The notes under the pieces: generated by a model
What the model was told of the DNA's origin: nothing
The model's input: only the letters and a program-made list of their open reading frames with translations
Database searches by the model: none
Shown: piece by piece, positions 1 to 11,428 of the stretch
Layout: the number at the start of each line of letters is the position of its first letter
Numbering within the stretch: the first letter of the stretch is position 1
Source of the DNA: Atractiella rhizophila
Lineage: Eukaryota
Direction: 5' to 3'
Assembly (NCBI GenBank): GCA_021432655.1
Contig: MU271339.1
Coordinates: 1-64,000 of the forward strand
DNA length: 64,000 bases
Made by a program: the position numbers and the translations under genes

Positions 1-95
1 CCCTAACCCTAACCCTAACCCTAACCCTAACCCTAACCCTAACCCTAACCCTAACCCTAACCCTAACCCTAACCCTAACCCTAACCCTAACCCTA
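1..95. repeat. Telomeric repeat (CCCTAA)n; left chromosome end
   Basis: 15 perfect CCCTAA units (1-90) plus a partial CCCTA, at the very start of the sequence, with the C-rich strand on +. Confidence 0.99.
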
Positions 96-239
96 TCGTT
101 CCTTTCTTCCTCCATGCCATCACTTTCTTAACCCTCCTCCTGGTTAGTCCCCCCGTCTATCCCTCACTACAATGATCATCCAGACCTCTTCCGGTTCCGC
201 TCAATCTCCATCAACCCAACCTCCAATCCCTCGACCCCA

Positions 240-1233
240 TCACCACCATGCTTCTTCCCCACCTCTTCTCGCGATTATGGCGCCCAGTTGGGGAATCGAC
301 ATGCTGGAGGTCCATTTAACCCCTGCCTTCCTCCTCAGTTCAAGGGGGACAGTGAAACAACAATCGAAGGTCAAGCGCTCGTGGCACACGAGGGGAGGGA
401 TAGATAACTTTTCCGAAGCTTTTTCCCATTCACTCTCCTTATACCACTCCTTCAAACTGGGCAGCCTAGTTCCTTTCCCATCCTTCCCGCCCGCGGCGAT
501 GATGGGACGAAGTCTGAATGTCGTTTGCTCACTCTCGGCCGGACAAGCTTCGCCAAGAGCTAGGAGCTTGCGCCAATCTGGAGGGGGCCAGTGAGAATCG
601 AGACCCGCGTATGAACTTGGGAAATGAGGAGCAACACAGTAGCCTGGGAATCCATCAATAGAGCGAGCAGCGACTGCGAGACGCTTACCGGGACCAGGGT
701 GAGGATGAGTATATGCGGGAACCGTCAATGAAGGACCTGGCTTTTTGTTCGCGCGAGCGATTCGATGGGTGTTAGGGACAGTTACGGCTTTTGATTGCTT
801 GCGGGTGAGGGTGAGGTGATGCTCTTCCGAATGGATCTTTTCATGCCTCTTCAGATCCCACGGTAGTTTGAATGTTTTTTGACAAATCTGGCTCGCGTGG
901 AATACAATTAGTGTGCTTGCATCTTCAGTTCAAGAAAGAGGCGAACCTCGCATACGTGTGGCCTGAAGGGAGAGTGTGCTCGAAGATGAGCCTTAGGCTT
1001 CTTGAGACATGTAACTTTACAGTTCTCCCGTTCGCAATTGCCGGTCAAAACATGATCGTCACAAACATGATTGTGCAGCAGTTCCCTGTCCAAATTACCA
1101 AAATCTCAGGATAACCGAAATAGCCAAAAAAAAAAAAAAAAGAGATGACTTACATATTCTCGAACGCTAATTGACACCCTCCCCACCGACATTCCAAAGC
1201 CTTCTGCTTCTGAGCCTGAGTATTGCTCTCCAT
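240..1233 (-). CDS. Divergent PacC/Rim101-family C2H2 zinc-finger transcription factor, 3 exons (1233-1154, 1085-947, 887-240), about 288 aa
   Basis: Manual splicing (GTAAGT..ACAG intron 1153-1086; GTTCGC..CTAAT..CCAG intron 946-888) joins three fingers in frame: CRWGGCQLAFENMELLHNHVCDDH, CERENCKVTCLKKPKAHLRAHSPFRPHVCE, ICQKTFKLPWDLKRHEKIHSEEHH..KQSKAVTV. The third matches the basidiomycete PacC pattern FKRPQDLKKHEKIHTEEHH..HSKAITV. It continues in frame into ORF 240..728. Confidence 0.85.
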
Positions 1234-1409
1234 GTCTAAATCCCGGATGACGAGTAGAACCACAATTTTATAGAAAATTTCCATTATGTGAGCTAGCGCG
1301 CGGCAACCCTCATAAAAAAATCGAACCTTCGATCTGAACGCTGATGCTGTAGCGCCTACATGGAAGCTTGATGGAAGACTTCGTCAGCAGGTTATCGGCC
1401 ATTCTGTAT

Positions 1410-4400
1410 TAGGCTTGTCACACGGTTTGGAAACCTTCAAAACCGCCAACCCACCTGACCCGTACACCGTACGGGTTGTCTGTGGGTGCAGGGGAAAATC
1501 CGTGAGGTATGAGGGAAGGGTGACGGGTTAGGATCTCTTCTCACCAAATTCCGCAGGAACCTGCGGGTTCTCTGATTTGGTCGTCGCTTGAGTTTGGAGT
1601 TTCGGATTGCATGAGCATGTCTTAGCCGCTTGCAGGCTGACAAGCCCTAGCTTCAAGAGATGCATAAGTTGACGTCTGGTGTTGAGATAAGTGAGTTAGA
1701 AATGGTTCTTAGACAATGATAATTTCCAAGTTTTGCCCATATCAGAAGAATGTTCATCGTTTCTGGTCAAACACTTTGAGAGGCCTCACGCTTCTTTTGA
1801 GCTTGGACACCCTTGTCCGTATATTATAATAACCCACAACACTGTCCACTCTCTCTTCTTTTAAAGTTGCTCAGTAAAAATTCAGTTTGCAGGATGTCCA
1901 AGCGGCAACGAAAGGACTCAAACAGTAGTCAATCTTTAGAAGAAAGTCAAAGAAGACCCTATTCTCAAGCAATTGAGATAGATGACGATGAGAGCAATGC
2001 AGTTCAGCTGACTGCTCGAAAGTGCCGACCCTGATCTGCCCAAATCCGCTAACATCAAAGTTGACAAGACATTCAAGGCTTGGGAAGATAAAGACATCAT
2101 TGGTATGTACTTGTTTGAAGTACGATTGTGCAGACCATAAACTGATTAGATTTCTCTCAGACTTTGATGTACAACGATGGGGTCAGTCCAAAGTTCAGAA
2201 GAATGGAGATAAACATAGTGTATACCTTCATTACCATGAGCGACCTATTCTGCGACGAGGGGAGTACACTCGAGACACAAAAGCTGGTCGCAAACCGGGA
2301 GAATTCCGAATTTTCTACACCTTTGTCTGCAAAACCGATCCGAAACATACCTTTGAGCGCCCTCGAGATGATGGTGGAACGAACGGACTCAGAAAGAGTG
2401 CAGACAATTGTGACATGGTCTGTTTCTGCTTCTTACAACATCATCGATTGGACTTGATATGTATTCAAGGTGAGAGAGGCAGCTGAAACTGCTGTTCCTA
2501 GGAAGCAACGTCAAACTACTCTTGGGACGAACGAGGAACATCAACTTTGGGTCAACTCTCTGGATGAATCTGATCGCCAAATCCTACGACGAGTTCTCGC
2601 CGCACTGTGGTGCTCAACTTCTGCTCGGGCATTCAACATCGTTCAGGATAAGTACCTTTGTGAGCTGTTACGAGTGGGGAATGGCGGCAAGGAGCATATT
2701 GCAAACTTGGAACGACGGGATGTATCGAATGATCTGCAGGTACTGAATGAGGTAGTGCGGGAACGTGTCAAGGAGAGGATTAAGGTAATTAGTTACTTCT
2801 TAGATGGGAACGTACTGATTGAGCATGGGACAGAACATCAAAGGCCAAATGTCTATCACGTTAGATGGCTGGACATCTCCTCATACATTCAGCTATATTC
2901 TGGTCTATCTACACTACCATGAGAAAGGCCAGATGAGGAAGATTGCACTTGGATTCCTGAGGTATTGTGGTATTTCTCTATGATATGCTATTTAACCATG
3001 TTCTTTTTCTAGGATTTCAGGATCACACACCGGTGAAAATATTGCTGAAGCTGTTTATAACCTATTGGATATATACAGCGTTTGCGAGAAGGTTAGTCTG
3101 CTTCTGTACTTTCCATCATCTCGAGATATCCGGCATTGAAAGGGCGATCACAGATACTAGGTCCCTGTTGTGATAGTGCTAGCAATAACGATACATTCAC
3201 AGCAGCATTAGCCAACAAAGAGAAGTTCCCCAAAATGAAGCGTTGGGATCCTCAACTCCGAGCAAGATGCTTTTGCCACATTATCAACCTGGTCGCCAAG
3301 GTACATCTTCCTTCTCTGCTCCCTTACTTTGTCTAAATTGACTGGCTTTCCAGGGTTTCCTCAGTCGCTTTAAGAAACCAGTTGCAAAAAAGGGGACAAT
3401 AAACGGCGTTGGAAATGTTGTCAATGCGGATGAAGCAGCACTCGAAGAGCTGGAAAAAGAAATCAGGGAATCAGGATTTCGGGATGCTGCTGAAGTTGAA
3501 GGTGTGTCAATGGCTGGTTAATCACTCACTACTTTTACTTAGCAATGGCAATAGCAACAACGGAGGAAGCCCAAATAGAGGATCAAGAACTTTTCCAAGT
3601 GGCTGAAGCCGCCAGATGTTCAACAACTTGTACGCCATCAGAGGAGCAGGAAGCTCGTTTCATGCTAACCAAGGTAGTTATTTTAGCTTTTTCACTATAT
3701 AATCCTTACCTTACAATCGCAATGAGCAGTTATCAAATCTCGCAAAACGAACCAACATGAACGAAGCACTTCGGACCAACTGGAGGAAGAAGTGGCGAAT
3801 GTGAAGAAGGAAGACCCTGACGGCCCTCTCAAACATCTCGTCCCTCCTATACACCTTGTTACAGCCTGTCCAACACGCTGGAATGGAGAAGGTGACATGA
3901 TTGCACGGGCCTTGACACTCAAGGAACCACTCCGCAACCTGTTTGGAAAGCCTGGGCTCAACTTGGAGCGATGTGCCTTGACACGAACAGAGTGGATGAT
4001 CATGCATGAGGCAAGTCCTAGGCTTCAGGCATGTTCATCTCTTTTCTATTACGAGCTGCAGAAGGGAGATCCACCAGCTCTTTCAAGAAACCACGAAACA
4101 GATGTCTCAAACGAATGCGAGCAATCTATCCACAGTCATTCCTGTCTTCAACAATATCGGGCTAACTCTCTCCCGCCTATACGAAGCATACACCCACGAA
4201 GGCAATCATCACATACCAACGGTGCATGCTGCAATACAAGCTGGGGCAGCGATCGCTCATGGGATCTTGGATAAGTACTTTCTCAAGGTTGCCGACAAAG
4301 CAAAAAGTTACATCTGGGCGCTCTGTACGCTTCGTTTCTTTTATTCTTTAGTTTATACAGTAATCCTTGTTCACATCTCTTCTTAGTATTGCACCCAAAC

Positions 4401-5395
4401 CGACGTGCTGCCTATTTGCGTGTCCTCGATTGGGACGAAGAATGGATCAACGATGGCATTGAGAGCATGCGGGACTAATACAAAAAGTGGTATCAAGCCG
4501 AGCTTAAAGAGCAAGTAACGGTGTGCTCTTTTTCATCCCTACATTCGTCTGATTCATAGGTGTGCAAGGGTCACAACGTCCCTCCACCGCCGAAGAAGTT
4601 GAAGACTGTGTATGCACTTGACTCTGTGGTCCAGCATTTCGATGCAGAGGATGCGACAGACTATGTCATGGAGTTCGTAAAGGCTGCCCCCATTCCTATT
4701 AAGAGTTACCGTGATGGATCCACCAATGAGCTGGATGCCTTGAAGTTTCACTATCACGCATGGAAGCACGCAAAAAGCGGCAATGAAGACGCTAAAGCAA
4801 AGTTCCATGAAATGGCTATGGATCTTTTGGCAATCCCTGGTGAGTTGTATTATCCTCTTCCACCCTACATGAACCGTTTACCGAAGCATATTTCACAGCA
4901 ACATCAGTAGATGTAGAACGGGCATTCTCTAGCGGTCGCTTGACGGTCTCGTGGATGCGTCACAAGCTGTCGGACTCAAGCTTTCGTGCCTCAATGATGA
5001 TGAAGCTGTGGGAACAGGACGAGTTGATGCCTTCGGTAAAGGTGTTGTTGAGAGCATTGAAAAAGAATGATAGGAGCCAGAAGGATGCGGCTGCTGCTAG
5101 GAAGAAACACAAGGTGCAAGAGGCAGTAGGGGCAGTCATCGAGACCATTGAGTAAAGACACATGCATTGTTCTTATTGCATACATTTTACAACACTAATC
5201 ATCTCATTATACCCTTCACCTACCCGCGACCTGTCGGCCCTTTCGTAACTGTCACCCACCCATAAACACCTACCCACACCGCGGGTTGAAGGTGAAAACC
5301 GTGCGGGTGAAGGGGCGGGCGACGGGATGGTACTCAAGGTAGAAAACCAGGTGGTTTTTTCCACGGGATGGTGGGTAACCCGTATGACAAGCCTA
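1410..5395 (+). mobile_element. hAT DNA transposon (copy 1)
   Basis: TIRs TAGGCTTGTCACACGG (from 1410) and CCGTATGACAAGCCTA (to 5395), 15/16 match. CCCGT/ACGGG subterminal motifs and an internal hAT transposase. No clean 8-bp TSD seen. Confidence 0.9.
1894..5155 (+). pseudogene. Intron-rich hAT transposase with a premature stop
   Basis: Motifs LDGWT (~2860), CDSASNND, RARCFCHIINLVAK (CxxH), CPTRWNG, LHPNRR and ATSVDVERAFSSG (dimerisation domain). In-frame TAA at 4476-4478 where copy 2 is open. Confidence 0.85.
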
Positions 5396-5761
5396 ATCAT
5401 GTGGTCCGGCCCATTTATTCAAGAGGGGGGTATGCTTTGTCCCCAACATGGAAGATTCTGATGAACACATATGCAAGATGATGTTTACACGCCACATCGA
5501 TGGTCGAATGGCACCCACTTCATTATGAGGTTAGAGAGTAGCAGAATATGCAAAGATGGATAAGAACAGATGCCGCTTAAAGCCACCACAGAAAGTGGAG
5601 AAAAAGGATCCTATACGAGGCAAGGAAGGAGAGTGTTTGGCCACGACCTGTTCTTGCATACTCTCATCAGACCAGAAAAACTATATTTGTACGCAGTAAT
5701 AGGCGTTCATCCAGGGGATGTATCAAGAACGATGGTTTTCATTCAACCTTATCATGAGAAT

Positions 5762-8700
5762 TAGGCTTGGTACACGGGGAACCCGTGGCCCCGTGGGTTT
5801 TTCCGGGAGGTTTTGGCGCTCTGATGCCATCCCGTACCCGCCCTCGAACCCTCAAGGGTTTTCCCGTTGTTGCAGGGGCATTCCCGCAGGATTGCTGGGA
5901 GGGGACGGGAGCCAAAGGGTTCACGGGACACTGACGGGATGGGAGGGGCGATATCAATATTATTATCCATGTACTCTACTAACCCCTCTGCACAGTTCAA
6001 TAATCATTAATCATTCACCTATCAATCAATCAATCAATCATCATGCTTCCCTCCCCAAGCTCCGCCTCAGCCACCGCCTTCTTCCTTGCCGCCTCTGCTC
6101 CCTTCCTCTTCTTCCTGTCACTCTGTTTCACAGCTCCAAATAACTCCTTCATAGGAGGCATGAATCCATCCTGCTCCCAGATCTTGAGCATCATGGCTGA
6201 ACGAAAGACGGGGTCCGACAATTGATGACGCAAGTAAGAAACCGTCAGACGACCCCCTGAAAAGGCACGCTCAACATCCACCGAAGTTGCTAGCACCTTC
6301 AATCAATGAAAAAAACAGAGATGAATGAAGCTGCATACCTGGGACTGCCATAATATCCATGGCCATCTCGTGGAACTTCACACGGAAATGCTCCTTTGCG
6401 CGCTTCGCCTCTCGCCATTGCTGATAGTGGTACTTGAGGCCATCCAATTCTGTTGTCCCAGAATCATCCTGCAGGGTCTTGATAGGCAACGGGACACCTT
6501 TGATAAACTCTACAAGGTAGTCGGCAGTGGAGGTATCGTCTGCATCGTCAATCATTGCGTCGAGTTCGTACAATGTCCAAGCCTTCTTTCGTAGGCGTGG
6601 CACAGAGGTGGATGCCTGTGAGCAACAAATTAGGACTTAATTGTGGGAAGGAAAGTAGTTCCGGGTTGGACGCGCAGAATTACCCATTTCTGCTTTGTAA
6701 TGCTGTCGCTGAAACTCCTGTAAGCTATCCATGGCTTCCATGATCCAAGCCTCTTCCCAATCCAATTTTTTCAAGTATGCAGCCCGGCGGTTGGGATGAA
6801 GCACTTGAGTATCTGTCAGTTTCAATGCTGAAATGTTTGAGTAGTGAAAACCTGCAAAGAGCCTATAGATAGATATTTCGAATCTTCAACTACTTTCAGA
6901 AAATATTTGTCCAAAACTGCCTGTGCAGTTGCAGCGCCGGCTTGGACAGCAGCGTGCTTGTCAGGGAAGTGGATTTCACCATCAAGCTCGTAAGTTTCAT
7001 AGAGGCGAGAGAGATGGACACCGATATTATTGAAGAGGGGGATGACACTGGCTAAATTGGAGAAGTTGGCCCTCGACATCCAGTCTGTTGCCTGTTGGAA
7101 CAGCTAAAGCAAAGTCTTAGCTTTTGGATAAAAAAAATAAACGGGAAAAACATACTTGCAGGGTCGGATTTGCTTGCTCCATAATTTCCCACTCTGTTCT
7201 TGTCAATCGGCATCACTCAAGTTTTAAGCTCGGTTTACCACAAAGATTTCGCAATGCGTCCTTCAAGTCTATTGCTCGATCAATCATCGCACCTTCGCCA
7301 TTCCAACGTGTGGGACAGGCTTTGACAAGGTGCACAGGAGGAGATAGAAACTTAAGAGGTCCTTCAGGATCCTCTTTTTGGAGAGCGGCAACCTCGTCGT
7401 CAAGTTTGCTTCTAAGCCCATCGTTCAAGGCTGTCCTTTTGGCCAGATTCGCAAGCTATTTTGTTGATTAAAGGACCGTGAAGGGTGAAGACAATGCAAT
7501 GCATGCAGCGTACCTTCGTGAGCATGAAACATGCCACTAATTCTTCCTTCGGAGAACAAGTTGCTTTCGGAGCAGCCTCTTCCCGAATTAGATCAATTGC
7601 AGCCGCTTGTGCTTGCACTTCTTCACTTTGGTCTATAGCAGAAGCGTTAGATTGTTAGACAAATTGGCTAAACCATACCTTCTAGTTCTGCTTCTTCAGT
7701 GAACCCCGACTCTCTCAGTTCTGCTTCCAATTGTGATAATGCCACTTCATCCGCAGTAATGGAAGTCCCAATGCCTTCTATGACTCGTTTCTTCGTAACT
7801 GGCTTCTTGAAACGACTCAAAATCCCTGGACATTGCATCATCTAATCAGTCTCCCATCACATTTTACTGCCAGAACCGTACCTTTGCAACCAAGTTGAGT
7901 ATGTGGTCAAAGCATCGCACTCGCAAATCTCCTCTCCAGAGAAGCATCTTCGGATACTTGACCCTGTTTTCCATTGCCATTGTGAATGTATCGTTGTTAG
8001 ACGCACTGCCGCACGTTGGAGCCATGACCTGCGCAGAATGTCAACTCTCGAAGAAAGACTCCATGAGCAGACTTGAACACGCACCGTCTCGCACACTTCA
8101 TATGAATCCAATAAACCATAGACCAAAGCAGCAATGTTATCTCCCGTATGTGAATCAAGAACCCTGTTCCTACATTAAATGGGTTCTCATAATGAAGGAC
8201 TTTGTACCGAATGAAACCAAGAGCAACTTTCTTTGTATCTCCCCGCTCGCGGAAGTGAAGGTAGACAAGGACATAACTGAAGCCCTGAGGAGCTGTCCAG
8301 CCGTCCAGCGTAATGAAAAAGTTCCCACGAGCAGCCTTTGACAGTTATTAGTATTGTATACAGGATTCAAACTCGGCACGTACTGAAATTCTGGCCTTCA
8401 CCTTAGCGCGCACGTACTCCTGCAAGAATTTCGCATCCTCTACTACTCTGTGACGATCAATGTTTGGAACACTCTCTGATCCACCGTTCCCAAGCTTGAG
8501 GATCTCTCGGAAATAATGATCGTGTGTGACATTGAACGGACGAGCTGAAGTGGTGCACCAGAGAGCGGCAAGGACACGTCGGTACGTGTCGCGGTCCGTC
8601 TGGTCCATCGCGTTGACCCATAGCTGATTCTCGCTGACCACAAGTTTTGTTTGCTGGCTCTTTGAAGATCCTTCGTCGCCCTGTAGACAGTCTTTTTAGA

Positions 8701-9300
8701 TCCTTATCTAAAGCTCACAAAAGACCAACCTCGACGCATTTGTCGGCGCTAATTTGCAAGCCTTTGGTGCTTCCGTCATCGCGAGCACGTTCATACGTGT
8801 GGTTCGGGTTGGTCTTGCAGACAAACGTGTAGAAAATGCGAAGTTCTCCTGACTTTCTACCAGATCGCGTGTCCTTCAGATAGGTACCGCGTCGAAGAAT
8901 TGGGCGTTCGTGATAATGAAGATATACGCTCGGTTTGTCGCTATTCTTTTGAACTTTGGACCTTCCCCAGCGTTGAATATCGAAGTCTATTGTAATATCA
9001 GAAAAAGATTTGGATGGAGTCTCGGAAGAAGACCAACCAATGATCTCATCATCCTTCCAACCGTCAAAGCTGCTGTCCATCTTGAAGTCCACCCCTCGTG
9101 GTAGTTCCCGAGCGTGCTTTCGAGGGGACCTGCGAATGGAATCCCCAACATCATCATCTGATGAATCAAGCTCGATGGTAGCAATATTTTGAGGGTCAGG
9201 GGTTCGGCAGGGGCTCTGATGAATGGTGTCGGAATTCATCGAATCTTTCCGAGTGCGCTTGGACATGATGGAATACCAGACAAGAAATGAGTGCAAGTGA
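5762..9300 (-). mobile_element. hAT DNA transposon (copy 2, paralogue of copy 1, convergent orientation); 5' boundary not found
   Basis: TIR-like TAGGCTTGGTACACGGG at 5762 with ACGGG/CCCGT subterminal motifs. Transposase exons are collinear with copy 1. Confidence 0.85.
6030..9266 (-). CDS. hAT transposase (multi-exon; intactness not verified)
   Basis: MSKRTRKDS start; SVYLHYHERPILRRG..FYTFVCKTNPNH; LAALWCTTSARPFN; CPTRWNG; LHPNRRAAYL; ATSVDVERAFSGGRLTV. Confidence 0.85.
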
Positions 9301-11428
9301 TTGCCAGGAAATCAGTCCTGTTTTATAACTTTTCGCCTCTGGGTACGGCCGATAGAGGCAATCCTCCACCAATTGCAAGGTCAACAGAGCACACGGATGT
9401 GGTATGTCAAACCCAATGGACTCGTCCGAAGCAGGCACTGACATTTTTTGAAGAGAAGCAAGATGTGCCGTTTGTTTTCCTTCAGTCCCTGCTGCTCGTG
9501 GCGGTGAAAGCAATGTGTATGGACCAACACTCCTTTCAGCCGGGCAATATGACGGTTTCTGAAATCCGTACACCGAGTGATCGACGCTAGACTCAGTCAT
9601 TTACTCACGTACGTTGGACTTAGCCCAGAACTTTGTTTCTGGGCTTTTCTCAATTACAGCTTGAGGCTCCTTGAACAAAAGTGCAGGTCCAATCATAATC
9701 AAGGCACTCCAGCAATTGAACCACCAGAACAATGCCAGTACATGGGCTACTTTGTTCCATTAGCGCTGATGCATCCCTACTGTCATCACGCTATGGTGGC
9801 TATAAGTACAGTTGACGTGAAGGAGATGGATGACATACATCCAAAATTGATGGGATATGGAATAGACGCCATTTGGTTTCCTAATTCGTGGGCACAAGTG
9901 GACTGAGCAAGCAAGAAGAGGTGATCAAGGACAATAACTACCTTTCACCTCTGTTTTTCCGAGCACAAGCAAAAAGCTCTGTTCGTGCACTTCACTTTCC
10001 TTTCTGTGCGACCACAGTGCTCACCTTGCAAGCATCCGTAGGGATCCCTATGCCAATCAAATCTTTCTCTTTGACATCCACCAAGGCACTGTTGATCTTA
10101 TGTTCAGCTGCAATTTTTAAAGAAAAGACAGCATACCGCATGGTATTAAACTTAGAGGCTGCAAATCTGCAGATCGTGTTCATCTCGTCGAGCAAATATT
10201 ACAGGAGAAGAAACCCAAACTTGTCATAGTGCTCTCCCATCCCACAAGTTGTCAAGGCGTGCATCAGATCCGTATTAGTTTGAGCTTGAGACATCTTTAC
10301 AGGATGATGGGGAAATCTTTCATCATTTGCTTCTTAACGGTTTATAAAGTTTCGATGAAGAGCTTGAGAGATACCAGATCGAATTATTCGAGGAGCTTGT
10401 GAAAGAAGCAGCCTCAAAAGCTTCGACCCTCATCATGGACCCTCACTTTGGTGAAGACGCCAGTTCTATATCCCGCATGTCTCAGGTTCCCGCTCGTAAC
10501 TGGATACTATTTGATCCACCGAATGCGAATGGCCGTTTGATCCACCGTATGCGAATGGACATTTAATCTCATTGTGCCCTGAAGCAATCGTGTCGCCCGC
10601 TCGCTCAATACAAAGAAAAGTTGTTCAGGAACAAGCGATAATGAGCGTTGGCATGGATTCTCGTTCACCATTAGCGGGGCAAGCATCGCCAGCTATTGGC
10701 CACTCAGGGTGTGTCGGAGGTCTGGGCAGTCCAATTGTTCGCAGAGGCCCGCTCCTGTGTCATTTTGTTCTAATCTTTGAACCGTTCTTGGAACTAAGGC
10801 TCAAAAGGAAGACCAAAATTAAAGTTCGGAGTACCCCCTCCGATGTGATGGACCCAGACCCAGGACAGGACAGAGAAGTAAGGCCGGGTATCCTGGTCCA
10901 GTCCTCGTATCGCAATTTGAAATGTGGGCAAAGTGATGGGCGCGAGGGTTTGTGAAAGGCGGCCAGAGGCCTCCAAAGGGTTTTGCTCGTTTGAAGTTTT
11001 TAACCCCGACGTCGCCGACGGGTTCTGCGTTCTGTAGTTTCAGCTTAGTTACTTAGTGACCTGTTTCCGTGCAATTTCATACATTTCTCGACTTCACTGA
11101 CGTTCGATACGAAACCTGTTTACGCCTAGCCAGCCCCTTCTTCCCTTTGCTTCAGAGCGTCAGAGCTTCAGCATCACTACATCGATATTTTCTATTTCTT
11201 TGTCCCATCAATCACTCCTTCCGCTCACCATTGCGTACACAACAAGCTTTGACGGTACCCGACAGCACGGAAGTTGCTGAGGTTCATCACTCCCAAGGGA
11301 TCGAGCCACTCTTCATTTTTCCCAAACACTTGTAAGTAGTCATCTAGTCCGAAGGGAAGGGGGAGTGAAGGGTTTTATTGGAGATTTGTTGTCGTCAGTT
11401 TCGTCCTCCCATCACAAGATTCACAACA

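Noticed and set aside
1126..1141. Poly(A) tail of a telomere-targeting non-LTR or Penelope retroelement
   Set aside because: It is a poly(T) tract inside intron 1 of the minus-strand zinc-finger gene, and there is no RT next to the telomere.
9960..10200. SAM-like domain fragment (EHKINSALVDVKEKDLIGIGIP) on the minus strand
   Set aside because: Short, with no supporting exons or start; the resemblance is too weak to call without a search.
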